A stretch of DNA of 64,000 nucleotides from contig OX597826.1 in NCBI GenBank assembly GCA_951406725.2, positions 7,564,001 through 7,628,000 of the forward strand, written 5' to 3'. This DNA is from Octopus vulgaris. Taxonomy: Eukaryota. The position numbers and the translations under genes are program-made. The notes under the pieces were generated by a model. That model was not told where the DNA came from. It saw nothing but the letters and a program-made list of their open reading frames with translations, and did no database searches. Shown here one piece after another: positions 12,425-26,249 of this stretch (position 1 is the first letter of the stretch; every line of letters starts with the position of its first letter).

Positions 12425-13015
12425 TATGACTCGGGGAGAGCTTTGTCCTTTATTCATTACAACTCTCAAAGCTATACTTAGATGTATATCAGAGTGAGTC
12501 AGCTGCAATGCGATACTTACAGGTGACGCAATAGTATAAGTGTGGTAGGTATTTATATAAAAAATGGTGGTACTTAGTCATTATTTCTTCATTTCTTACA
12601 GCGACAGCTTTGATAGTAGCTTTGATATTGAACTCTCCCTCCGTTATATAGCTTTGAAATTAATTGCGGTTTTTATTTTATAGCTTAAAATATCGAAATA
12701 TTCATAAAAACTATAATATTGATTTATGAAATATATTTCTACACATAACAAATAAATAGAATTTATATGTATATGTATGTGTGTGTTTGTGTATGTGTGG
12801 GTGTGTGTGTGTGTGCGAGCGCATGTATGTGTGCATATGTATGTTTTTGTGCATGTATATATATTTTTTGTTGTTTTTTTAGAATTTACTAATCAAATTT
12901 CTCACCAATACAGAAAAAACTGTTTCTAATCTAGGAACAAATTTCTCTCATTGGAATTTAGACAGAAATCACCTACGATGTGGCGCCTTATGTATAAATT
13001 CGTATAAATGTGTGT

Positions 13016-13057
<42 letters not shown>

Positions 13058-13119
13058 CAGGTGTATGTGTATGAATGTACGTACATATATGAATATCTGA
13101 ATGTAAATGTATATATATA

Positions 13120-13450
13120 TATGTATACAAACGGCAAAATATCTGTGTGTGTGTGTGTTCTTTATACAAATCCACAATTTCTCAGTTGGAGGGTTCGCAC
13201 TTTCTATGGTCATTCAAAACCGTCCAAGGGTGGTCGTGCACATCTTTACATTTCCCCAGTCACCCCGCAAAGCCATTAAAAAAATCAATAGAAGTGGCCT
13301 TTTGTGAATTTTCTATCCAAAACCCAATCAAAATGCCCGAAACTTGATACGCCAATTGAATGCCAGCTAGCTGTATGTGACTGGTCAGAGATTTGGACAG
13401 TACTCGCGTGTATGTGCGTATGCACGTACGCAGCTGTATATACATGCACT
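13120..13450 (+). mobile_element. Probable Helitron-like 5' fragment
   Basis: TA-rich start, then (GT)n, then CAAATCCACAATTT. This layout resembles the 5' ends of the other Helitron-like elements, but no clear 3' hairpin plus CTAG was found. Confidence 0.4.
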
Positions 13451-13462
13451 AGCACTATGACA

Positions 13463-13575
13463 ATATATTATATTATATTATATTATGTTATATTATATTA
13501 TATTATATTATATTATATTATGTTATACTATATTATGTTATATTATATTACATTACATTATATGTATTATATACG
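13463..13575. repeat. (TTATA)n pentanucleotide microsatellite
   Basis: Seen directly. Confidence 0.9.
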
Positions 13576-13682
13576 TTTATCAATGTGTCTGGTACAAGTT
13601 AGAATTGGGTAAGTGTGAAGAGGAAGAGCATTGATTAACTGCGATGAATGCAACCATGCAAAGATCCATTCTTTGAATATAA

Positions 13683-13897
13683 TAACCTTTCTACTGTAGG
13701 TACAGGGTCTGAAATTTTGAGGAGGGGGTTAGTCGATTACACAGACCTCGGTACTTAGCTGGTACTTAATTTATCGACACTGAAAGGATGAACGGCTAAG
13801 TCGAACTCGGCGGTATTTGAACTCAGATAGTAGCGATTGGCGAAATACCGCTAAGCATTTCGTCCAGAGGGCTAACGATTCTGTCAGTTCGCCGCCT
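13683..13897 (-). mobile_element. SINE family C, alternative-tail form
   Basis: Same head and central domain as 11763. The tail rc is CCCCCTCCTCAAAATTTCAGACCCTGTACCTACAGTAGAAAG. Confidence 0.85.
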
Positions 13898-13929
13898 CGA
13901 TAACAGCTCGCTGATTTATTCTTGGAATA

Positions 13930-14108
13930 TAATTACGAGTGCTTATTCGACATGAGAAAATTTGAGAACGGAGCAAAGAAAACGATTTAACCGAAGAGTA
14001 TCGAATGCATAAGTTCCACTAGACCGAATATGTGGCAAGGTTCACAGACAACATGTGGACCCGTGCAGTTGCTGAGTGGTTTCCAAATAATCGGGAACAG
14101 CCACTAAT
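13930..14108 (+). mobile_element. RTE-clade LINE C-terminal fragment
   Basis: Translates RVLIRHEKI*ERSK...KFH*TEYVARFTDNMWTRAVAEWFP, matching the RTE 'IRNEEIR.R...KW.WAGHVAR..DNRWT....W.P' motif. Confidence 0.75.
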
Positions 14109-14655
14109 CATGGATACCCCTCCACCCGCTAAGTTGATTACACATCAGCTATCTCTCCTTCCCCTCATCCGTCTTCCAACTGCAACTGCCCTTCCCTATT
14201 TTTTCACCCCTCCATCATCCGCCTTCGTCGGACAATCCTACAGGCTTTTCGTCCCTTTCTATTCGATCCTACCGTCCTCCATTTTCCCAAACCCGCTTCC
14301 CCCTCCTTCAAATGCGCCCGTATCCAATGCAACCTGCTGGTCCGTAGCTCCCTTCCGTCCCCCACATAAAATACATATCTACTGCACACACATACACTCA
14401 CACACATTTCCATATTCTAGCATGTACGACAGACTTCTCACCCACACAGATACACACACCTATACGCCGGCACACTCGTAAACATATATAACACACATAC
14501 ACACATACACACATAAGCACACACGTACGCATGCACTTACACTCATTCACACACACACACATCAACTTGCTCTTCAAACCCACGTCCGTCCACTACTAAA
14601 TATTACTACTACTGCTAACCTATTCGATACACTCTCTCACACACACATCACTTGT

Positions 14656-14932
14656 GGAGGCACATGACCGGTCGAGGGATCGCGGTTTCGAATCTCAGAC
14701 CGGGCGATGTGTGTGTTTATAAGCGAAACACTTAAGCTCTACACGGCTCCGGCAGAAGGTAATGGCGAACTTGTGCTGATACTTTCGCCACAACTTTCTC
14801 TCACTCTTTCCTCCTGCATTTAGCAGCTCACCTGCGAGGGACCGGCGTCTCATCCAGGTGGGAAACCTATACGCCAAGAAACCGGGAAACCGGCCCTTAT
14901 GAGCCAGGCATGACTCGAGAAGAAGCAAACAA
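14656..14932 (+). mobile_element. SINE family B, with a deletion in the tRNA head
   Basis: Matches the 56809 copy except for about 25 nt missing after GGCACATG. Confidence 0.9.
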
Positions 14933-15097
14933 CACACATAAACTTACACAAGCACAAACGCACACGCACACACACAAACACATATATACTACCATGTCAC
15001 GTAGCACTCAATAATATAGAAACACGCAAATCGCACCCTGCAGCCGCATACACATACCGGAAAACATATATTCACATATACACTACACACATACAGT

Positions 15098-15421
15098 GGA
15101 GGCGCAATGGCCCAGTGGTTAGGGCAGCGGACTCGCGATCGTAGGATCGCGGTTTCGATTCCCAGGCCGGGCGTTGTGAGTGTTTATTGAGGGAAATCAC
15201 CTAAAGCTCCACGAGGCTCCGGCAGGGATGATGGTGATCCTTGTTTTACTCTTTCACCACAACTTTCTCTCACTCTTACTTCCTGTTTCTGTTGTACCTG
15301 TATTTCAAAGGGCCGGCCTTGTCACTCTCTGTGTCACGCTTACACGTTAATTTCACGAGCAGGCTGTTCTGTTGATCGGATCAACCGGAACCCTCGTCGT
15401 CGTAACCGACGGAGTGCTTCC
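15098..15421 (+). mobile_element. tRNA-derived SINE family F
   Basis: A box TGGCCCAGTGG, B box GGTTTCGATTCCC, B-like body, and a distinct tail ending GGAACCCTCGTCGTCGTAACCGACGGAGTGC. Confidence 0.88.
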
Positions 15422-15509
15422 ATCCACACACATAAAAGCATGTCATTTACATACTCTAACTCACATACACACATACACACACACTCACGCTTAATGGCTA
15501 CTTTTACAC

Positions 15510-15790
15510 GGAGTGGTTAGCGCGTCGGGCTCACAGTAATAGGGTAATGGTTTCGATACCTGAACTGAGCTGTATGATTTGTTCTTCAGCAAGACTCTTT
15601 ATCTCACGTTGCTCCATTTCATTTAGATGTACAAATGAGTTGTGACATCACAGGTGCCTTTGCCTTTCCCTTGGGAGTCTGGTATGCATGGCCGACTGCT
15701 GGTCTTCCATAAATAACATTACCGGGCCGTGTGCCTTGGACGGGAACTTTCTTCATGCAATCCTGCGGCCATAAATGACAGAAGGGGGTG
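15510..15790 (+). mobile_element. Old E-like SINE
   Basis: GTGGTTAG and GGTTTCGATACC boxes, followed by an E-like body. Confidence 0.55.
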
Positions 15791-16004
15791 TTCCCCCTTT
15801 ACCTTCTACAACCACATTATGTACATCTCTCTACCTTCCAGTCAGCAATATTTCGACCAAATAACGACAAACATGCTCTACTCAGATTATTTTCTTCTAC
15901 CTCTTTTTCCTCCCCTCGAAAGTCTTTCCGATGGATTTGATGTTCGGAAAGTCAATTTCAATATTTATTTTGCCATTTAAACCTTTCACTGAGCGGAAAC
16001 TGAA

Positions 16005-16175
16005 AGACACCTTTTTTCTCTCCTTGTTTCTTTTCTGTGTAGCTTTCTGTCGAAGAGCGTAGGCTCGAAACGTAAAAGACTTTTTCTATTTCTATTCCTG
16101 AGCGCCATACTAATACATTTGTTTGTTTGTACTCCACCTGCCTTCGTCTTTTGTTTATTTTCGCAAACCTTCCCG
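16005..16175 (+). mobile_element. Repeat family D (Penelope pLTR-like)
   Basis: Reverse complement of 3556-3725. Contains the hammerhead-like motif at 16041-16080. Confidence 0.7.
16041..16080 (+). ncRNA. Minimal type I hammerhead ribozyme-like motif with variant core CUGUCGA
   Basis: Reads CTTT-CTGTCGA-A-GAGC-GTAG-GCTC-GAAACGTA-AAAG: stem I CTTT/AAAG, stem II GAGC/GCTC, palindromic ACGT stem III and a GUA triplet. Confidence 0.55.
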
Positions 16176-16937
16176 TTATATATATATATATATATATACA
16201 GAAGTACAAAAGAATAATATATATATATATATATATATATGCATGTATGCATATATATATATATATAAATATATACATACATATATATGTATATATATAT
16301 ATATGTCTATTAACATGGATTATTATAAAACATGATATTAAAAAGCAACTTTTTTTCACTATTTAAGAATTCTTGTTATTGACCTGTTATATTTATATCC
16401 AATGAACAGATACGAATGAGAAAGCATCCGCGAGGTCGTCTGACAGTCTAGATATAACAGAATGATCTCTCTAACATCGCAGCCTACTTTATAAGAACAA
16501 AAACATTAGATAATGTTTCTGAAAATGAACTGAGTAAAAAGAAAAAAAATGAAGGTGAAATTATCGGTGTAATGGCATCTAATCATAGTTTTGCTTGAGT
16601 AGAGACGACTATGGACAAAATATGATATTATTACGTTTTTAATGTGCATTTACATAAAACTCAAATAATATTCCGCTATCCTTTCTCTGATGTAGATGGA
16701 ATAGAAAAGGCATAGATTTACATACATATATATCTAGTGTCGAACTTATTTTAAAAGTGCATTGTACTGCCGCTCTATAAAGCCAATGTTAAAGTCTACA
16801 TAATGTGACAGATCAAAAGAGCAAATAAATAGCTGTTTCTTTTTAAATATTTATATAGATTTATATATACGTATGTATGTATGTATATATGTTTGTATGT
16901 ATGTATGTATGTATGTATGTATGTATGTATTTCTCAT

Positions 16938-17300
16938 TCTCATTTACTTGTTTCAGTCACTTGACTGTGGCCATGCTATAGCACCGCCTATAGTCGAAGA
17001 AATCGAACCCAGGACTTATTCTTTGTAAGCCTAGTACTTGTTCTATCGGTCTCTTTTGCTGAACCGCTAAGTTTCGGGGATGTAAACACACTAGCATCGG
17101 TTGTCAAGCGATGTTGGGGGGAGGGACAAACACAGACACACAAACATACACATATATACGACGGGCTTCTTTCAGTTTCCGTCTACCAAATCGACTCACT
17201 ATAACAGAAGACACTTGCCCAAGATGTTACGCAGTGGGACTGAACCCGGAACCATGTGGTTCGTAAGAAAGCTACTTACCACACAGCTACTCCTACGCTT
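16938..17300 (-). mobile_element. SINE family A, with a small internal deletion
   Basis: Aligns to the 10317 copy. Confidence 0.88.
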
Positions 17301-17737
17301 AAGAGAATTTGGTTGTGTATTTGGTTGTGTAATGTACTGTCATAGATAGTTATACCACAGAAAAAATACCACAGAAAATATATTTCGATGAACTCTGTTG
17401 GTTTAAGGATTGAGCGTAGATGTAGAAATGTGTACGAAATGCTTCGACGTTTCCGATATTTGTGCTTCTTCAGAGTAGAAAGGAGAATCGTAGGGTCAAT
17501 GATGGAAAGTGAAATTGTGAGTAGTCTTTTATTCTTTTACTTCTTTCGGTCATTTGACTGTGGCCATGCTTGAGCAAGAACATTTTATAATTGCTAAAAA
17601 ATAATTCTAATTGAGATATGGTGACCACTTAAACAAAAAATGGGTTGACGTGACGTTGTAAAAGAGGCGACAAGAAGGGAAGCTGGATGGATGATTGGTT
17701 ACATGAATCGGAATGTTTTTGAACCTGGCAACTGAGA

Positions 17738-17940
17738 CGCCATCGGTAACGATGTCGACTGTTCCGGTTGATCTCATCAGCGGATGAGCCTGCACGTGAA
17801 ATTAATATGCAGGTGGCTGACAACCGCAATGATACGCATACTCTTAACGGTGATCACGGAGAGCATCAGCATTACATAGAATGTCACAAGGCAGGCTCTT
17901 TGAAATACATGGATACTACTTAATTTTGCCAGCTGAGCAT
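17738..17940 (-). mobile_element. Degenerate F-type SINE tail
   Basis: Matches 59495-59690 and the reverse complement of 18500-18650. Confidence 0.7.
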
Positions 17941-18329
17941 AAGGACAAAAGGTACCTTTGAGCATACGGACAATTCTCCAGTTTATCCCCAACATGTCTT
18001 TATATTTTTATATTCTACTATATTTTTTTATATTTTTAAATTTATATTTATACAGATATATAATTCCTTTTATATCACTTAAAATCCTTTAAAATGTTTT
18101 AGCCCGAAGGCCGCGGCCGTTGTTTACATATTTTTATTTTATTTATATTTAAATTTTTTATATTTTATATATCTACATGTATCCGTATTTGACTACATCA
18201 CAAACGCTTTCCATACATACATACATACATACATATATACATACATACATACATACATACATACATACATACATACATACATACATACATACATACATAC
18301 ATACATACATACATACATGTATTTGTATC

Positions 18330-18655
18330 ATAAATCCCAGTCTGGGTTTGTGTGTGTTTATTAAACGAAAACGCCTAAGGTTCCACGTGGATCCGACATG
18401 GGGGGTTGTGGTGAACCCTGCTTTACTCTTTTGCCACATCTTTCACACTTTCTTCTCACACTTTCTTCCTGCTTCTGTTGTACCTGTATTTCAGCCTGTT
18501 CACAATCTATGTCACGCTGAATCTCCCCGAGAACTACATTAAGGGTACACGTGTTTGTAGAGTGTTCAGCCACTTGCACGCTAATGTCACGAGCAGGCTG
18601 TTCCGTTGAAGAGATCAACTGGAACCCTCGTCGTCGTAGCCGACGGAGTGCCACA
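18330..18655 (+). mobile_element. SINE family F, 5'-truncated
   Basis: Body and tail align with the 15098 copy. Confidence 0.85.
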
Positions 18656-19510
18656 GCTGCATCATAAAGTTAAATTAACACAGGGACTAACGTAACCAAT
18701 AACCGAAGACTAGATTCAATATACTTAAATTGGAATACAAAGCTGATTGTTTTTTTTTTCCATAGGAGTTCGATGATTATACGAAACTTACTATGCTGTA
18801 AACACAGAGATTAGCAAATTTCCAGCAGAATTTCAAAACGTATGTAGAAAGAATTTTATTGAATGGTAGAAAGCTCTTAAAAATTAGAATTCAGATATGT
18901 TTTCTATTTCCAAACTCAACAATGCTACGTGAAAGCAATAGGTTATTGTTCATTTATTCTGGAGTTTCATAATTAAAAATTGGTGTCCTTCCGGAATATT
19001 TAGTAATTCCTTTAAAATTACCTTGTTCGCTCTGCCCCAGTTTTATATACCCAAATTTTGCTAGAGTTTTTAAAGATAAGCACTCTGTGATGTTACCATT
19101 GCCATGGTGCGAACTATCAACGTTTCGATTGGTAAGCTTACAAACTTTTGATGAATATACATGTGATTCACTTTAAATTTGCACGGAGAAAAAAATTCAA
19201 AAATAAGGGAAGTTAGTGAGAGAAGATAAATGAGATACTGTGCAGGGTAGTTATAATTACGTTAATATTATTAACTTCGTTCATGGTAGAAGGGGATTTG
19301 GTATTGCATTTGAAGTGATGGTTGGGAAGCTTTTCTCATTTTTTTGTTTGTTTTTGTTTTAGCTGATGCTGTTGTTAAAGGTGTTGATGATGTTATCGTT
19401 GTATTCCATTAGACATTCTGACTTTCTGTTTGTGCTACTGCTATTTCATTATTTCATATATCAATGTTATCACCTGATGCTATGTCATATGTGTGTGTGT
19501 GTGCAGATGC

Positions 19511-19589
<79 letters not shown>

Positions 19590-20749
19590 TACACATATCT
19601 ATATACACACACATGTATCCATATATATACATATATACACACACACATATATATATATATATACATATATATATACATATATATACACACACACACATAC
19701 ACATATATATATATATACATATAGTTATATACATATATCTGTGTGTGTGTGTGTCTGTGTATTAGATTATTAAAGATTTTTATAATTAATCATCAGAAAA
19801 ATTTGTTTTAATTAACTATTCTTTGATATGTTCTAGGAAAATAACCCAAACGTTTACATATTTATATTTATTTATTTGTATGCTTATTTAAACATTTATT
19901 TGTTTCGTAATTGTTTCGTTATTTTATTTACTTTTTATTTTTATATATTTATTTATTTTTTTCTGTTTGTTTTGTCAAGTTTATTTCAGAAGATCTGATT
20001 TCAACAAATTTGTAAACAGAATTTTCACTATTTTTAAAGTCTTCACACAAAACAAATAAGTGAATAAGACCGAGCAGTTTTGTCTGATTCCATTCCATTT
20101 TATTCCGTACCATCTCTCGTAGAGTTAATTAGAGTCCTTTAGGATTTCTCAGAAACCTTTCAAATCCTATGCCAATATCTTTGAAACAATGATGTCATTA
20201 AATAGCTAATTAACTTCAACGTGTTCTTCTTTCCAATTCTATCTAGATTATATTCATTTTTCCTTTCATTACCGTCATGTTTTTCTCTATAGCATTCCCT
20301 TGAATCTTTCTTTCCTTCTTTTCTTGTTTGCTTTTCTAGTTATTCCTCTTTTACGTAAAACTTATATTTTCGAGGTCTCATTGTTCTTCATGTTCTTGCT
20401 ATTTTTCATGATAATTCTAATAACGCTGCTGCTGTTACTTCTAGTGATGTTAATATTAGTAGCTGTAATTGCGTGGAGGTGGTGGAGGTGGTTTGATCAA
20501 TAATGGCGGTGATGGTGGCTGTGGGTGTAGTAATGATCGCAATGAAATTGGTTCTTATTATATTGCTGTTAATTTAGTTGTTATTTTTCCTTTGCTTATT
20601 TTCATCTGAATGTTTTAATAATGTTTAGTTTTCGGAACCAAAACTTTCCATATTATTTTTCTCCTTCTCATAGCATACTTAATTAATTTCAGATTTGCAT
20701 GTTAATTATTTCTTTCTGCATTTTTTTCATGATGTAAACTAGCTAAATA

Positions 20750-21000
20750 CAATAATTATTATATTATTATTATCATCATTTTTATTATCAATATTATTGA
20801 AGTTTTATTATCAATATCGGTATTATTAATATTATTATTTTTAATATTATTATAAATATTTGTATCATTATGTTGAGGTTGTCCTTATTGTGATTGTTAT
20901 TGTTGTAGATGATGATGGTGGTGGTGTTGGTGTTGGCGGTGGTGGTGGTGGTGGTGGTGGTGGTAATTAAGGTGGCGGTTGTAGAGTTGGTGCCTTTGTT
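20750..21000. repeat. Compound (ATT)n/(GTT)n/(GGT)n low-complexity tract
   Basis: Seen directly. Confidence 0.85.
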
Positions 21001-21895
21001 CTTAATGTGGATGATTTGGATAGTTATGAAGACGGCTGTCATATTAGTTAAAATTTCATTAATGTTCATAAAAATGATAATGTTAACAAGTAATAAAAAT
21101 AACGAAAATCATAATAAAATTCTTGTTAATATATTATTTAAATGTGAGAGAAGTAAAATTTTGTGTTCGTATACATACATACATATATATGCATTTATAT
21201 GTATAAATATATAAACATATGTACACGCACGCACACGCACAGATGCATATACGCGTATAGATAGATAAATATATATATATATATAGAGAGAGAGGTGATT
21301 CATAGAAGATTGTTATGGAACTTTAAAAAATGTTGCGCACACACTCCCTCATAAATGCGTAGAGATACAATATAAATGCTTGTTTATGTGTATGTGTATG
21401 TCTGCATAAATATATATGCAGATGTATATGCATATATACATATACACACATAGGTTTACCTGGAGAATTCTATAACAAAAAGTATCAGAAAGTATGCGGA
21501 TCAGATGAGCTGGTACCGTTAACACGAAATCTTATAAACAGTTTTTCCATAAATAAATTATCTTGTTTTAATTCTACTTCAAATGGATGATAAAATATTT
21601 GAGAAATTATAAACTTGCCCATCATATGACAATGATCTTGATATCATTGGAAAGTGAAAACCATCTAATTAGCCTTCAACATTTTATTCCCAATTATTAG
21701 CATGTTTCAAATTCCCAACAGGACTACAGTATCGAAATATTTGATATGGCTATCTGTTATGTCCCTCTGTCTTCCTTTCCTTCTAAATTTCTCATATTTT
21801 CATACGTCCCTTGTTCTTTGGGGAATTTTTTTAATATATATTTGATGAATTTGTGTTTTTGTTATTTGCTTGTGAGTGCGTATGTTTGTGTTTCT

Positions 21896-21954
<59 letters not shown>

Positions 21955-22024
21955 GTGTGTGTGTGTGTGTGTGTCTTTTGTGTATTCATTACTTTCTACA
22001 TTTCATTGGTTTTCTCCTCTGCAG

Positions 22025-22137
22025 TGCTTAACAGTGAAGATATTCCCATAAAATGCAGCTGTAAAACCTCAGGTAGAACAATACCACACCATCATCAATT
22101 AGCCATTACAGAACAAAGCTGCAGAGAAAATAATTAA
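22025..22137 (+). CDS. Candidate coding exon, either terminal (VLNSEDIPIKCSCKTSGRTIPHHHQLAITEQSCRENN*) or a 48-nt internal exon at 22025-22072
   Basis: Acceptor TTTTCTCCTCTGCAG at 22010-22024, an open frame, a possible donor AG|GTAGAA at 22073, and repeat-free AT-rich flanks. No homology recognised. Confidence 0.22.
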
Positions 22138-23304
22138 AACCAGAGATTAAAACGCTCTTCAAAAATTGTTAAAGCAAGCTGGATTTTTTTAAAATTATTT
22201 TTCTCTGAATATTTATTTTTATTATTATTATATTTTTGTAGCAAAGTAAAATTTTAACAAAAAGAAATACAATACCTGATTTAAAACTCCGCAAGGAGAA
22301 ATCCTACATAAATTTCACAAAAAAATTCATTTATTTTTTCTGTATTTTCTTTACTTAATTATATGCTCCGATATTTAGTTTTTATCTTTGAAAAAATGCT
22401 ATAGGGTATATCGTTCAAAGAAATTCTGCAGGAAAATACTTTTTCTCAGCCTAGAAAAAAAATCGCTCTTAATTATATTCTTATTGTTATTTCTATCATA
22501 TATTTCTCATTGAGCTTGTAGAATACACTGCACATTATATAGGATATTGAAAACCTACTAGTACTTGGGAAAAATAAAACCAATTTACAAAAAATCTCAT
22601 GCTGCGAATTTATAACCTCCGGTTATAATTGTATTTTAAGACTTCCCACTAATTCATTTAGCTATTTTTCAAAATAAAAATAATAATCCTGAATAAACTA
22701 AAGTAAAAATAAATTGGAATAACATTTCATTTCTCGGAAAAAGGGAGGAAAATAAATAACTATATATATTAAAGATTTAATTTCTATGTTCAGGTTTCGT
22801 GGTTGATTTGCTCCGGTGAAATTAATTACTTCGAATAATTATTCTTGAGTTAATAATGTCTTGGTATAAACATTGAACCATATCTTTTAAAAGGCGAACA
22901 ATTGTTATAATTTTAAATATGAAGTCCTCCTTATTCAGCATGTGTCTAAGTTCATAGAAAAGAATCTACAATAGACAAAAAAAAACCAAAAACAATCAGC
23001 AAATATTGAGTGTTGGTGTATGTCAAGTCTTTTATTTAACGTTTACGAAGAAAAATAAAATAAAAAAGAACCGGAAAACATGAAAACTCCCTCCCCCTCG
23101 TTTGCATAGAATCAAATAAGAGTCAATGAGATTTTAATAATTCTGCACAGTTACTAAAATTTCAAATGCCATATGCAGACCGTTTTGTTCACGGATATTA
23201 TTGTTTGCTTCATTCTCTTCTAATCTCTTCTATAAGCTTTCTCAATGGATGGGCAATTAGAAACAAAACTTAATTGCCGTTAAGCTGTACAGAATCATAT
23301 TATA

Positions 23305-23522
23305 TTATTGGTTTTAAATTTTGCCAGAATTTCAGAGGGAGTGGGCTGGCTGATGATAAACCTCCCACCTCGATGTTCAACTGGTACTTATTTTATCGAC
23401 CCCAAAAAGGAATGAAAAGGCAAAGTCGGCCTCACCGGGATTTGAACTCAGAATGTAAAGACTGACGAAATGCTGCTAAGCGTTTTGTCCATCTTACAAA
23501 CGATTCTGTCCGTTTGTCGTCG
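23305..23522 (-). mobile_element. SINE family C, degenerate
   Basis: Reads CTGGTACTTATTTTATCGACCC...GATTTGAACTCAGAA. Further degenerate copies at 24065-24430, 31148-31360 (+), 42690-42892, 57150-57320 (+) and 57900-58200. Confidence 0.75.
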
Positions 23523-23625
23523 TGCATCATAGTATATTATGAATAAAGTTTGGAACACCTATTTCACAATATTCTACAAAAGTAGAGGCGAAAGATTGCG
23601 AGTGTGGAATAAACTTTTAATGTAC

Positions 23626-24042
23626 CTCTTTTACTCTTTTACTTGTTTCAGGCATTTGACTGTGGCCATGCTGGAACAGCGCCTTTAGTCGACCAAATCG
23701 ACCCCAGGACTTATTCTTTGTAAGCCTAGTACTTGTTCTATAGGTCTCTTTTACCGTAACGCTAAGTTACGGGGACGTAAACACACCAGCATCGGTTGTC
23801 AAGCGATGTTGGGGGACAAATACAGACACAGAAACATATACACACACATACACACACACACTCATATACATATCTGGGACGGGCTTCTTTCAGTTTCCGA
23901 CTACCAAATCAATTCACAAGGCTTTGGTCAGCTCGGGGCTATAGTAAAAGGCACCTACCCAAGATGTCACGCAGTGGGACTGAACTCAGAAGCATGTGGT
24001 TCGTTAGCAAGCTACCTACCACACAGCCACTCCTACGCCTAT
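23626..24042 (-). mobile_element. SINE family A
   Basis: Full-length match. Confidence 0.92.
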
Positions 24043-24611
24043 GCCACTCCTATGCATATAACTTGTTTAATTCTGATTTTTGGCAGAGGACCAGCAATTT
24101 TGATGGCCGAGATAAATCGATTATATCGACACCAATACACAACTGGTATGTATTTTATCGTCCACAGAAAGAAGGATGGCAAATCGACCTCGACGACAAT
24201 TGTATGTACTTTTTAATATTGGTTTCAAGTTTTGGTACAATACAACAATTATGGTGGAAAGGATGAGTCAATTACGTAAAACGTAGAATTTATCTGTTTC
24301 TTATTTCAGCGATCCCCGAAAGGATAAATGAACAAAATCGACCTCCGTGGAATTTGAACTCAGAATGTAGAAATGGACGAAATGCCACTAAGCACTTTGA
24401 CAATTATGCTAACAATTCTGCCGCCTTATACCTATGCAATATTATCTGTGTGAAAGGGAGCGATTACTTACTGCGTATATTTCCTATTTAGTATTGGGAA
24501 TGTTTCATTTATGAGAAAGTGATCCTCTATTTGTCTGAGTGTTGGGTCCTTTGGGTGCCTAGATAAAATGCGGATGTCAAGTTGTCACAGGTTGCCTCCA
24601 CGTCAATTTAG

Positions 24612-24654
24612 AATAATAACAACAGCAACAATATTAATAATAATAATAATATAT

Positions 24655-24696
<42 letters not shown>

Positions 24697-24704
24697 TATC
24701 ATCA

Positions 24705-24772
<68 letters not shown>
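24612..24772. repeat. Compound (AAT)n-(CAT)n-(TAT)n microsatellite
   Basis: Seen directly. Confidence 0.95.
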
Positions 24773-24774
<2 letters not shown>

Positions 24775-24852
24775 AAATATTAAAAGCTCTATATATTATT
24801 TCTGATAATGTCAACAGGAAGTTACTTAAGCTTAGTGTTAGGAAAGTGTGTG

Positions 24853-24883
<31 letters not shown>

Positions 24884-25178
24884 TCATATATACATATATA
24901 TATATATTCATATATATATATATATGTATATATATTCATGTATACATATATATATTCATATAGACATACATACACACACACACACGAATATATATGTATG
25001 TGTGTGTGTGTAGATAGACAGATAGACAAACAGACAGACAGACAGATAGATATTGCTACACAGACTTATATATAAGTATATATGAACATACATATACATG
25101 TAAATGGAGATACTCTCACACACATACACACTCACACATGTATACACAAAATGATTCGATCTGATATATAAATATATG

Positions 25179-25209
<31 letters not shown>

Positions 25210-26119
25210 TTATATATATATATATATGGATGTGCGTCTTCAAACACCATTTTTAATACTACGTTTTGATTTGTTTTTTGGATTATTCTATGTAAATAGT
25301 CAGTGACAGTCATTATAGTTCTATTAATGATAATTAAGAAAGTTATTCTTCGATGTAGTTCAGATGTCTAACATAAAAACCAATAACTCACATTTATATA
25401 CTATAATAATATTTATTAACAATGCTTGGGCAATTATCCTATCATATCCTTCATGAATATTTTACTGTCTGAAGCCATAAGTCGAGAGAAAATCAGTTTA
25501 ATTGAACGGAATATTTTACTAGTTGTTTACAATGCTTTGATTTCTGGTCTCGAATCTTAACAAGATTGATTGAGCATTCACTAAAGTCCGTAAATCAATT
25601 GTAAAAGTAATAACAGTATACATAATTACATAGTATGTATTTCGAATGTGAAAATATATGAGAATTGTGGGAGGGTCACAGGTCCACATCAGCCGCTAAA
25701 CCATTCGCTTAGGCCTGCTTTGATAATTATATTCTTTCTTTTAACGGATAATATAATGGTTATGATTTTGTCATCATTTTTTTTTTCAATAGACTCTTTG
25801 CAGTACATTATACACACGTATATACACAACCATATGCTTCAATAGGTACACGTACGTGCACCCGTACACACACACAAACACACACACACAAACACACACA
25901 CACTCACACACACACACACACACGCACGCACACACACACACACACACACACTCACACACACATATATATTTATATACATATGTGCATATTCACACTATAT
26001 GTACCTTATATATATACATACAGACATACATAGATATATATTTTCACTCACAAACACATACAGTGAATTCAGGCTAAATTTTACATTTTACACGTATATG
26101 TACAATATATATACATACA

Positions 26120-26151
<32 letters not shown>

Positions 26152-26249
26152 CGCACACACTTATACAGCCACAAATATACATATACACTGGCATAAATAT
26201 ACATAGATATATATTTTCACACACATACACATTCAGCGAATTCGGACTA

